Positions 24,158 through 36,379 of a DNA stretch of 64,000 nt are shown in pieces. The position numbers and the translations under genes are program-made. This DNA is from Squalus acanthias. Its lineage: Eukaryota. Under the pieces are notes generated by a model. It was not told where the DNA came from. It worked only from the letters and a program-made list of their open reading frames with translations, and did not search any database. Location of the stretch: contig CM059433.1 of the NCBI GenBank assembly GCA_030390025.1, forward strand, positions 32,056,001 to 32,120,000, given 5' to 3'. Numbering within the stretch: the stretch's first letter is position 1; each line of letters starts with the position of its first letter.

Positions 24158-26371
24158 ATCTAATCCATAATATTATACCATGAGAAACTGTAGGTACCTA
24201 CAGCATCACTTTAATTATTTCTCTCTCCTTTTTAGAATTGAATAGTCAGATATTGACACATTTAAATATGAGTCCTGGTGCACAAGGGTTGTTATATATA
24301 TATTGCAGTCCTGGCTAGTCAAACATGACAGTAGTTTCCTAACCTAAAGACTGGATAAGGTCATTGAATTTAGTAAGGGAGTCATGCTGAAATAGTTGAA
24401 TGGAAAATTGGTAGGAACTGTATCGCAAAACAGTGAAATGTCACTGATGGTTCCAGGAAAACAGAACTGGCCATCTGGCTTTAGATGTCAAAAGTAATCT
24501 TGAGTATGCAAGTCACAAGTTGATAAGCATGATACTGTACAAACTAATTTACTACAGTGTTCTTGGCAGGCAGCCTACAAAATGTTAATAAGTGCAAGCA
24601 GCTAAATTTTGTCTTCATACACATACTGTGTCATAAGGCATGTTGAGGAAATTTAGGAAAGGTCATATTCACTAATCAAAACAAGATGTCCTGGCATTCA
24701 TGCCGTGCTGTTGTCCTTACAGTAGGACTCTACTGGAGTTGATATATGGTAAGTTTACAAATGCTAGCAGTTAAATGGGCAGAAGTTACAAAGAAAACAA
24801 TTTGGCTGTGCCAAAGCATAATTTCCAATAGCAACCCATTAATGAGAGCCTGCATGCAGTATTCCTAAATAAAAGATATATGGATTAAATGTCTTTCACT
24901 TTGACTTCAATAAAGGGCAACTGGGAACACATGGGCAGATGTGTGAATGCTTGCAATTGAGTGTCCTTAACATAGCAGAAGCATTAATTGACTGCTTGGT
25001 TAAGGACTCCCACGGAAGTTAAATGTCACTACCCTGGCAAGTATCTCACAATTTTTAAATAATTTCTTTGAATAAGTCATTTATCTCATACCAGTGCAGC
25101 AGAGTGAGGACCTTTTGCTGTCAGACTGCTGTGAAGAGATCAGAAGAGGCTACCAGCAGGACTACTCTTGAAATCACCTCATCTCATAAATCGTTACATA
25201 GATAATACTGTGATGGAAATAAAACTATGGTTATATTCCTTTCCAAAGGATCAAAAATGTAAAGATTTAAAAAAAGAGTAACCACATGCATCCTACCCAG
25301 AAGACCATCAGTTTGTGTCTTTGGGCTACTTGACACTCAGCTCTGCCAGCCTCCGTCAGATTGGAACCAAAGCACTTCATGTCAGAAGCAAAAGTATCTT
25401 AACTGGTGACTTGAGCACACATGGACGTCAAATCCGACAGGTAAATTATGAAGGCCCACAGATGCCAGTATGCAGACGTTCACAGTGTAGACCATGTTGT
25501 CCTGCCTCATAGATGATTTGTGAGACAGGAAAACAAGAAACAAAACTGAAGATTAAAACAAGTTCATAATGAAAGGAATTCTAGCTTCTATGTCATTCGT
25601 TTACACTAAAAATAACCATGTTTTGGTAGAATTATGTGAAAATATGCAAAGCACTTTGCTGCTGTCAAACCAGGTCTCATACAACAAAGTTAACGCACAA
25701 TTCAATCTTTAAAAACTAAAATAATCTTGAAATAGAATACTTTCATGACCTGTTGAAATCCTTATTTTACAAAATGCAGAAGTTATTTTATATGGTATGT
25801 TTTATACAGTGTGTACAGTGAATTTTGAATGGGTAATTGAAACTTACTATGTGCACAGTAAATTAAGACAACTGATTATTTTTAACCCAATCATCGTTTC
25901 ATCAATCCAGCCTTCTAGAAAATCCCCTTATTCCGCTAAATCTAAACAAAATTTTCAGTGAAACTGAATTCATAAACATTGTGGGTGGGGGGGGTGGTTT
26001 GGGATGGGGGTTGCGGGGAAAGCACAATCTAAGGGGGTGAACTATCCATTCAAAGCACTTTTCTACTATCGATTTGAAAAGCATAATAACACGGACATTT
26101 ATTGCCTGTCAGAAAATGTCATCCTTGCTGCAGCCTCATGGATGCTTGTCATTTAAGAACAGCTTTGTGGCAAGGCTCAGGGAGAAGTTATGTTAACTGC
26201 AGTGGCAACGGGGTTTGGCTTGCCCTCGTTTGATTTTGGGGAGCAACAAAAATCCTATGACAATGTCATCTGTATGGAATGATATTCTGTGCTCCATTCC
26301 ATCAACTTGTGCACTGTAAAATGCGAGCTCATTGCATGGCCATTGATAGGGCAAAACTGGGGCAAAACGAT

Positions 26372-27146
26372 TTCAATGTAGGCAAGTGTGAGGTTATTCA
26401 CTAAAAAGGATAAAACAGGGTACTTTCTAAATAGTGAAAAGCTAGAAACAGTGGAGGTCCAATGAGTTAAAATGTCATGGACAGGTACAGAAAATAATCA
26501 AAAAGGCTAATGGAATGCTGGGCTTTATAACTAGAGGAGTAGAATACAAGGGAGTAGAAGTTATGCTACAGCTATATAAAGCCCTAGTTAGACCACACCC
26601 AGAGTGCTGTGTTCAGTTCAGGCCACCAAACCTTAAGAAGGAGTTATTGGCCTTGGAGGGAGTGCAGCGTAGATTTACCAGAATTATATCTAGAATCCAA
26701 GGGTTAAATTACGAGGAGAGATTACACAAACTAGGGTTGTATTCCCTGAAATTTAGAAGGTTAAGGAGTGATTTACTCAAAGTTTTTGAGATATTAAGGG
26801 GAACTGATAGGGTAGATAGAGAGAAACTATTTCCGCTGGTTGGGGAGTCTAGGACTAGGGGACATAGTCTAAAAATTAGAGCCAAGCCTTGCAGGAGTGA
26901 AATTAGGAAATACTTCTACATGCAAAGGGTGGTAGAAGTTTTGAACTCTCTTCCGCAAATGGCAATTGATGCTAGGTCAATTAATTTTAAATTTGAGATT
27001 GATAGATTTTTGTGAACCAAAGGTATTAAGTGATATGGGGCAAAGGCAGTATATGGAGTTAGGTCACAGATCATCCTTGATCTCATTGAATGCCGGAACA
27101 GGCTCGAGGAGCAAATTGGTCTACTCCTGCTCCTATGTTCCATGTT
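26372..27146 (+). mobile_element. CR1 LINE 3' fragment
   Basis: LYKALVRPHPECCVQF...LEGVQRRFTR; CR1 tail. Confidence 0.9.
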
Positions 27147-29639
27147 CGGTGCAAATAATGTGGGCAGAACTGTCTATGTGGAAGAGGGAATGCAGGGAAG
27201 GTGATAACCATTTCTATGACCTGAGAATCATAGGTTAGAATAGAGAATTTTGATTTATCATTTGAAGGTGTCTCAAAGACCAATTGTTCAAGCACAGAGA
27301 AAGCTCCACTCCACCCAGCAAAAATCCAGGAAGAACTGTTATGTGCTATTACCAAGTAGAATAATCACATGTTACCATCTGGCTCCTATGAACTGAGTTT
27401 GGTTTGGAAAGACTAGTCAAGGGATCACTACAGACCAGCATTTTTGGCAGTACTTTACAGTCATAGTTGAGTAGGGATATAGATCAGTAGGTCACACATG
27501 GTCTGGGTGCCCTTATCCCTTTATTGTGCATTACTGCCTGAAAGGGTGGTGGAATCAGATTCAATAATAACTTACAAAAGGAAATTGGATAAATACTTGA
27601 AAAGGAAACATTTGCAGGGCTTTGGGAAAAGAGCAGGGGAGTGAGACTAATCTGATAGCTTTCAAAGAGCCGGCACAGGCACGATGGGCCGAATGTCCTC
27701 CTTCTATGCTGTATGATTTTCAGATCATTGTGGTTGATTTGAGTGCCCATGTCCAGTATGTGCTGCAGAAGCCTCAGCAGCAGCAAAGACAATGGTCAGT
27801 TTGAGAAGTAGACTGTTCTGGAATTCAGTAGGGAATCCGTCTGGAACAGGATTTTTCCAGGCTTCAACAATTGAGATTGGGGTTTTTGTGGAGTGTCCTT
27901 CACAGGGCAGGTGAGTCTGTTTGGTACCAGTTCAATTCCTGCAACATGGCCTGTACCTATCAAGTGCAGAAGGATGCATAGCACCTGATGAAACTTAGTA
28001 AACTTAGATCAGCCTATAGGTAACACCAGGAGTGAGTGTTGTGTAATCTGCACCCATGGTGGACAATGAAGCTTTCATTCCAAGGTAAAAAAAAGTAATT
28101 TTATTTTAAATCAACAAGATGTTATGAATCAGCAGAGACAACAACATTAGCATCTGCCACCTAGTCGCTTGATCTAGCTGTAGAATAATAGGAAGCTGTG
28201 ATATTCCTTAAGATAAAAAAGAGTCTTAAAATGTATTATTCAAAGCAGGCCATTAAAGTCTGTATCCTTTGGCAACTATTTCCAGAGGCAGAGGGGTCAG
28301 TAACCAGAGGACACAGATTGAAGGTAATTGGCAAAAGAAGCAGATTTGAGATGAGATTTTTTTTTTTACGCAGCGAGTTGTTCTGATCTGGAATGCACTG
28401 CCTGAAAGGGAGATGGAAGCACTTTCAAAAGGGAATTGGATAAATACTTGAAGGGGACATTTTTTTCAGGGGATGGGGAAAGGGCAGGGGGATGGGGCTA
28501 ATTGGATAGCTCTTTCAGAGAGCTGGCACAGACACAATGGCCTCCTTGCTGCCTCATTCTATGATTCATTCTGTTTTAAAAAAATAATCACTGAAACATC
28601 AGGATTAAAAAAAACTGCGGCTATGTGTGAGTGAAACACGATCTGAACAGTTGTTACCAGTAAAAAAAAAGCAGCATTTACTCAGAAGTAACAACGATAG
28701 TGTCAACATTTTTACCGGTATAAAGTACGAAGGGCACTTTTAATTAATCGATACGTGCACGATCAGCAGAATTCTTTGACGAGAAACAACAATTCACGTG
28801 GTTAGTAAGAATTAACTCGACAATGTCTCATAAGATTTGTATAAACATTCTATCACAATTTAGGACAAAATGCAACATGCGTACACAAAACAATGCACAA
28901 GAGACAAGGTTATATTGGATAAACTGCCTCTCTCAGATTGAAGCAATTACATTATTGATTTTAAGAAACATCACATTAATAACCAGCTCCTGAGCCATCA
29001 CAGCTGTTCACCCCATAGCGTATTTCTTCAGCTACACTCAGTTGGAAAAAAAAGTTTGTGAGTGCACCACGTACAGCTCAGTCTAAATTTTATTCTTATT
29101 TTCCTCTTACAAACAGATAACCTGAAGGGTTTTGATAGAGAAGACAGGGAAAAACTGCTTCCACTGGCAGGATTGTCGATAACCAGAGGACGCAGATTTA
29201 AGGTAATTGGCAAAAGAACCAGGGTGGAGATGAGGAGACATTATTTTTAAGCAGCGAGTTGTTATAATCTGGAATGCACTGCCTGAAAGGGCGGAGGAAG
29301 CAGATTCAATAGTAACTTTCAAGGGAAATTGGATATATACTTGATTAGAAAAACTTTGCAGGGCTATGGGGAAAAAGTGTGACTAATTGGATAGCACAGA
29401 TGCTATGGGCCAAATGGCCTTTTTTTGTGCTGTAAGACCTGATCACTTACCTCAGTGCTTTTTCTGTGTACTTACTAGGCACAACATGGCTGCATATTTT
29501 GCCTCTGCAACAAGAGCCACTGCAATTAAATGAAATGCACTGTATGTCAAATGCTTTGATACATTTCCAAGATTTGACAAGGTCTGTTATAAATATCAGC
29601 CTTTCCTTTTTCTTTATCTTCTCTATTTCAATACAAAGA

Positions 29640-30130
29640 AAGAAACTAATGTAGCACCTTTCACAACCTCAGGATGTCCCAAAGCACTTCATAGCCAATG
29701 AAGTACTTTTGAAGTAACAACAGAAAACGCTGGAAAAACTCAGCAGGCCTGGCAGCATCCGTGGAGAGAGAAAGAGAGTTAACGGATGCTGCCAGGCCTG
29801 CTGAGTTTTTCCAGCGTTTTCTGTTGTTATTTCAGATTTCCAGCATCCGCAGTATTTTGCTAAAGTACTTTTGAAGTGTAGTCGCTGTTAGGAAGTAGGG
29901 AATCACAGCAACCAATTTGCTCACTGCAAGGTCCCACAAACAGCAATCAGATAATCTGTTCTAGTGAGCCTCGGTTTAGTGTCTTATCGAAAAGACATCA
30001 CCTCCGACAATGCAGCACTCCCTCAGTACTGCATTGAAATGTCAGTGTCAAGTCTCTGGAGTGGAGCGAGAACCCCTGACCTTTCAACTCAAAAGTGAGA
30101 GTGCTACCATTAAGCCAAGACTGACATCTG
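29640..30130 (-). mobile_element. DeuSINE copy interrupted by a hairpin insertion
   Basis: SINE sequence resumes after the duplicated AAGTACTTTTGAAGT. Confidence 0.75.
29716..29862. mobile_element. Penelope-terminal-repeat-like inverted mini-insertion
   Basis: Perfect 48-bp inverted arms 29715-29762 / 29782-29829; 15-bp TSD at 29701-29715 and 29863-29877; same family as 34158-34352. Confidence 0.75.
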
Positions 30131-30195
30131 GATTGAGCACTTCTCTTTATAATCCCAACAGTGAAAATTTACGATGGAGCACCTGCTAAGACTTT

Positions 30196-31969
30196 GGCTG
30201 GAATTTTCCGAGGGATCAGCGGGCAGGATCGGTGGCGGGTCAGGTGGGAAATTTGATTTATTTTGATAGCGGGTCGGGACCCTGCTGTCAACCCGCCAGA
30301 ACACACCTTTCCCAATGTCGGGTCTGTCAGCGCTGAGCAGATCCGACAAGCAGCAGCGGGCGACCCAATTAAACTCATTACCATCTAGTTGACAGATCAT
30401 TAACAGGCTTTTAAATTTACATTTACACTTTAACTTCATGGCCATGGGAACCACGGTGTTCAGGGACCACGGCTGTCAACCTAAGACGGGAGTTCCGTGG
30501 CCATTGCTCCAGCTGATTATTGACAGCTTCAAATGTACAGTAAAAGCTCCCACCTGACAGACCATCACTTTCCTCAGCCACAACCTGTTTCTCAGTCCAT
30601 TTCCAGCACAGATTCTACAGGGTTTCCACTTGCTACTCTCCATTCACCCTTACCTCATAGGAGGAACTCTCTACATTGACAGAATGCTTCTGTCATCTCT
30701 ACTTCACCTGCCATCTATCCCATCAACTTGGGTGCCCTTTATGATCTCTCACCTTGGTCCTCAGAATCGGACCACGATCAGCCCTAACACCAGCAGCACC
30801 AGGTACACCAGCAGCACCAACAACAACACCAACCTTCTCCGCAATCACCTGATGCTGCACAAGACAGAAGGCATCAGCACCCAAGCACTTTGCTGCCCGG
30901 GAGGCCAGGGATGGCCTCGCCATGGCCAGAGTTACTTCACTTAACGCTGTACGCCCTGGTTGCCACATGACGCACCAGGCTGGCACCATCCCACACCAAC
31001 ACCATAAAGCATCCCTACAATGTCCAAGCCATTCTTTTCACACTCACCACCATTGCGAGAGGTATCATTATGTCTCACCATTCACTGCAACTCACTAAGC
31101 CACTTCCAAAGGTGCACACAAATCTGTCCAAGAACGGAAAGTGTTGAAAATAAAGGTTTCAATGTTTCACAGCACATTAACAGAAACTTCACATTAACAT
31201 TGGATAAAACACCCAAGCGGCTACCCGTGTGTGTTGTTAGTTGGTATAACTGCACTATGATGAGGGTGAGTGTGAGGGGTGGCTAGTGAGATGGGGAAGT
31301 GATAATATAGATAGAGAGAGAGAGGGATGGGTGGAGGTGCAAGGTATGTTGGTGTGAGTAAGGATGTGTAGAAGTAGGGTAGGGAAGGCAGAGTGATGAG
31401 GATATGATGAGAGGCACAGGATGAAGGTGAGTGTGGCTTTGTACTAACAATTTGTGATCTAATGAGATCATTGAAAGATTTGCGCCACTGCAGCCTGGTC
31501 CTCCTGAAGACATCCCTGATTATGACCTCCTCTGCAATGTGCAACCAGGCTGTGTTGGTCTCCTGGGGAGGTCTCTTCCGCCCATGGGAAGGGAAGAGGA
31601 CCTCCCTGCGTGTTGTGATTCCCTCCATAAGCAAATGAAGAGAGTCATGGGAGAACCTGGGTGCAGCCCTGCACCTCTGTGCAGTCATTGTCAGTGTTTG
31701 CAGCACTTCAATGCTGTAGAAAACTGACAGCACAAATTTCAAAATAAAGTTGGCCATGGTCCCTTTAAGGAAACCGGCTGATGACGCGTCATCAAATGAC
31801 GTCACCAGACTGGCTTCCTCTAATTGGACCGGGAAACGCGCTGGGTGGGCTTAACAAGCTCTGACAACAGAAAATCATTTTCCAGAGCGGGATGGAACCA
31901 GCAGTGGGGTCGGGACCCGCCATTGACTTCGCCCGCCCTGGACCCGCTGAGTTAAGTAAAATCTCAGCC
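30196..31969. mobile_element. Internally deleted Harbinger relic
   Basis: TIR-like GGCTGGAATTTT / AAAATCTCAGCC; Myb exon 1 on - (APRFSHDSLHLLMEGI...WRKSFNDL); transposase-like N-terminal remnant on +. Confidence 0.8.
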
Positions 31970-32706
31970 TTTGTATTCTTTTCACCATATGGGATTTTGA
32001 TCATTTTAATTGAGCATTGCATGGCTACTAGGAATGCTGTGAATAACATTGATTAAAAAAAAATCATAATATTTTAAATTAGCTTAATCTCTCCTTTGTA
32101 ATTATGTTTGATTCATGGGTGAAAATAAGAGGACATTGTAGAGATCTCTGAGAGCACATAAAAATAATGAATGAAGCAAACTGCAAATACAGGAGCAATG
32201 AAGCCATGACAGTGTTATGTCACGCTGGGTCCACAGGTTGTTTAAATAATGGGTCACACCTTGGGTTTGATTCAATTTATATGATGCATAATTAATGTTA
32301 ATTATTACATCCTGAATTTTTTTTTATAAATGTAATGAATAGAGGATCTGCCTTAATGCAGTGTTAAGTAGGAATATTGAAGTTGCTTTGATGGTATGTG
32401 GACATTTCACGAACTGTAATTTTTAAAATTAGTTTGGAGTTACCATTTCTGCATCATTATTTTTCCCCAAAACTTTGGGGAGAAACTACAGTGATGGCAG
32501 CAGTGTAAGTCACAGTGGTCAGAAATAGTCATGTCCAAAAAGTGGTGACACACTGGCGTTATCACACTGTTTAGAGGGCACAGCCATTGTATAGACTAAA
32601 ACATGTGGGACAAAAACACCAGAAAAGGAACCATTTCAAATAACAGTAAACCTACAATAGGCACAATGATAGTGTTGATTGAACCATCAGCTAACAGCAC
32701 CACAGT

Positions 32707-33120
32707 GAAAGAAATGAAAGAAAGACTTGCATTTATATAGCCCCTTTCACGACCTCAGGATGTCTCAAAGTGCTTTACAGCCAATGAAGTACTTTTTGAA
32801 GTGTAGTCACTGTTGTAATGTAGGAAACGCAGCAGCCAATTTGCACACAGCAAGCTCCCACAAACAGCAATGCAATAATGACCAGATAATCTATTTTAGT
32901 GATGTTGGTTGAGGGATAATTATTGGCCTGGACAACAGGGAGAACTTCCCTGCTCTTCTTCAAAATAGTGCCCTGGGATCTTTTATGTCCATCTAAGAGA
33001 GTAGACGGGGCCTCGGTTTAACGTCTCATCCGAAAGACGGCACCTCTGAGAGTGCAGCACCCCCTCAGTAATGCACTGCAATGTCAGCCTAGATTTTTGT
33101 GCTCAAATCTCTGTAGTGTG
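32707..33120 (-). mobile_element. DeuSINE (SacSINE1-like)
   Basis: Well-preserved Deu core and tail. Confidence 0.85.
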
Positions 33121-34157
33121 AGAGAATGTTGATTTCATCCCTATTCTACTCTGTTCCTGATATGAACGCCTCTGGGATATTCAATAGAATATCTGCCCTT
33201 ACATCGCTGCCATTGTGATGGCCAATCAAAAATAGACCTTAGTAAAAGATCTGGTTGCCATTTTGATGGCAGAAGAGCTTGCACTGAAAAATCTGAGGGG
33301 GCATGCCCTCCATTTGAGGGTAAATCACTTATTTTTAAGAAATAACCTGCAACAAAAGCAATGGAAATAAATGAAAATTGTAAATGAGTACAATGAAGGA
33401 GGATAAATCGAAACACAGAAATAAGGCAACGCACACAGAGGGATTGAAATTACTGACTTTGGGAAGGTGTTTCTGAAGGATAAGATAGACGAAAGGGACA
33501 GGGCTCTGCTTCTATTTCGCATGATGAGAAATTCCACTGGAGGTGGGCCAGGTGCTTTTTGCATGATGCAGGCCCAGATGCACGGGCGGGTATCATCCTG
33601 ACAGGAATGGTGGCCACAAAGCCAGTTTCCTAACAATGACTGAGCTTCGGAGCAATCAATTGCCACTCGGAAAGCAGAAAGGATAAAATGGAACTTTTTT
33701 CATGATAAAAAATAAATTGGTGAATTTTCACTTTTTTGGGGGGAAGCAAGGAGCTGGTCCAAAATTGTCACTCCTCCCCCATCCACACACAGGGCAGCCA
33801 GCTAGGGAATGCCAGAATCGAGGCGTCGTCACTCCCTTTTATGCAAATGACATGTTTCCAGGGATTTGAGGTAGGGTCAGGATCGGAGCAAATTGCTGCA
33901 CTTTGGACCCAGGGAGTTTATCTCAGGCTTTTCCACATTGGTTGAATGCTCAGTGAAGATAACGTGCATATAAGTCTTAAAGTGGACGTCCCGATATAAT
34001 AAGTCAACCCTATTCACAGCACACAGTCGCTTTTTTTCTCCTGTATTTTTAAATTACTGCTTCTTTTTTTAATCGACGTATATACTCAAAAGGATTTATT
34101 TTAAATAAATAATAGAATCATCAACATTTTGCATTCACACGCTAGGAATTTTAATAC

Positions 34158-34352
34158 TAAAGCAAAATACTGCGGATCCTGGAATAAAAACAAAAAATGC
34201 TGGAAATACTCAGCAAGTCAGGCAGCATCTGTGTACATCTCTAACTTTTTCCAGTTCTGACAAAAGGTCATCGGCCTGAAACGTTAACTCTGTTTCTCTC
34301 TCCACAGATGCTGCCTGACCTGCTGAGTATTTCCAGCATTTTCTGTTTTTAT
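34158..34352. mobile_element. Penelope-terminal-repeat-like inverted repeat with a degenerate hammerhead
   Basis: Inverted arms ATGCTGGAAATACTCAGC...CAGCATCTGTG; motif CTGACAAA-AGGTC(atc)GGCCT-GAAA-CGTT-AAC with a mutated core. Confidence 0.7.
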
Positions 34353-35699
34353 CTAGGAATGACTAAATATGCAAAAAAAGGAAGGATTTTTTTTCCCCCA
34401 TTCTAGTTTTTGGAACTCTCATTTCCCAACTAGAATGTTACTCCACAAAAACCATTCTTCCCTGCCTTGATTTCATTTGGATCGCCGGAGAAACCATCCA
34501 CCTGCACCTACAAATGTTTGTTTTTTTGTGTAAAATTGCAACTGTCCTCTGTGATTCCATACTTAGATTCACATTGGAAAATTTAGGCTTATATACACAC
34601 GATCTATTAAATAAATCATAGAGCACTCTCTAAAATTGCTAGAGACTCAAACCACTTCCAGCATCCTTAATCATACTAATATTGGACTCTAATAAGTGTG
34701 TGCTTACTACAATTGCTTGTGAATTTACATTGAGTTACTAAATGTGGGTGCTGGTTCATTTAAGAAACAACAACAACAACTTGCATTATATAAACTATTG
34801 TGCTGTTTGAATGTATCTGAAAGCATCAAAAAGTAACCGACATGACCTCCTCGCATCCTGGATCCTACAGTACGAGAGTGAGTCAACATTTGTGGATGTT
34901 TCACCTGTTGTGGCAGGTCCAGTTGTCTCCAAGCAAGGGCCAACTCCAGTGCCCCTGACTGACAGCCCCATTGAAACCTGAGTGATGTACAAAAGTGTCA
35001 TGGCGGGAAGAGGAGAAAAGCCGAGGGCGAGACTGCTGCCATGAAGGAGAATGGCTACCAGTTCAGCAGTTCAGGAGATACTTTGCTTGCTGCAGGATCA
35101 AGAGGCAGTATTCCATCACACAAACGGTGAGTATATTCAGCTAGTAAGAGGAAGGAGACATTACACACCTGACTACGTGTCTAGTTTCCGGCTGATCTGA
35201 TGGCTGTGGAAAAGCAGACGTCGCCTGTTACCAGGTGACTTCCTATATACAGCATGATCGAGCCAAGCATCCTTAAAATAGCCCTGTGGAAACCTGGCCC
35301 CTCAGACTGATCACAGAGTCCCGTCTGCCTCACCAACTGCATGTGGATTACAGACACTTTCAAAATGTGCAACAGAATTGAACCATTGGTTCAAAATAAT
35401 CATACTGCGGCTGTCTTAATAAGCATCTCTGCTCTTATGAACAGTGGACTGACAGTTGAGATCTTTATATTTGATTGTTATAAGCAATATATTCGATATA
35501 TTTTTTGTTCAGGTACACCAGCACCGTGAAGCATCCCTTTAATGTCCAAACCATTCCATGCACACTCATCACTATAGCGGCGGGGGTGGGGGGTGGGGAG
35601 GGAAGTTATGACTAAACAATCACTGGAACTCAGTAAGACACTTCTCAAGGTGCGCTCAGATCTGTTCAATCAGGGGCACTTTTTGAAAAAGAGATTTCA

Positions 35700-36379
35700 C
35701 TGTATGACAACACATTACCAGAAACTTCACATGGACATTGGCAAATCTGTCCAAGAACGCAAAGTGCTGAAAATAAAGATTTCAATGTTTGACACCACAT
35801 TAACAGAAACTTCACATGAACATTGGCTAAAACACGCAAGTGCCTACCCTTGTGTGTTGTTAGTTGGTATGCTTGCAATAGGATGAGGATGAGTGTGAGG
35901 GGTGGCTAGTGAGATGGGGAAGTGATAAAGTAGATAGAGAGAGTTGGGTGGAGGTGCAAGGTATGTTGGTGTCCTGGGGAGGTCTCTTCGCCCTTGGAAG
36001 GTAAGAGAATCTCCCTGCTTGCTGTGACTCCCTCCATAAGCATATGGAGGGAGTCATTGGAGAGCCTTGGTGCAAGCGTTCACATTTGTGCAGTGATTGT
36101 CAGTGCTTGCAGCACCTCAATGCTGTCAAACACCGACAGAACAACTGTCAAACTCCATCTGGCCGTGGTCCCTTCAAGGAAACCGGCTGATGATACGTCA
36201 TCAAATGACGTCATCGGACCAGCTTCCTGTTAATTGATCAGTAAGCCCGTAGGGCAGGCCTAACAAGGCCAATCGAGGGAAAATCACGTCTGCAGAGCGG
36301 ATGCAGCTGGGAGCGGGACTGGAACCTGGAAATCAGTTGTCCCGCCCCCATCCCGCCTTCACCATTAAATTTGCAGCCT
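35700..36379. mobile_element. Harbinger relic related to 30196-31969
   Basis: 35750-36260 resembles 31110-31860 with deletions; ends AAATTTGCAGCC. Confidence 0.75.

Noticed and set aside
25300..25445. Possible host exon (open frame ending CAG|GTAAAT); similar donor-like sites near 27910 and 35127
   Set aside because: No recognisable protein and no consistent exon chain; the latter two look like decayed Harbinger Myb exons. A large host intron cannot be excluded.
34255..34290. Functional hammerhead ribozyme (also about 50673-50702)
   Set aside because: Core mutated (CTGACAA instead of CTGANGA) or stems disrupted; probably inactive
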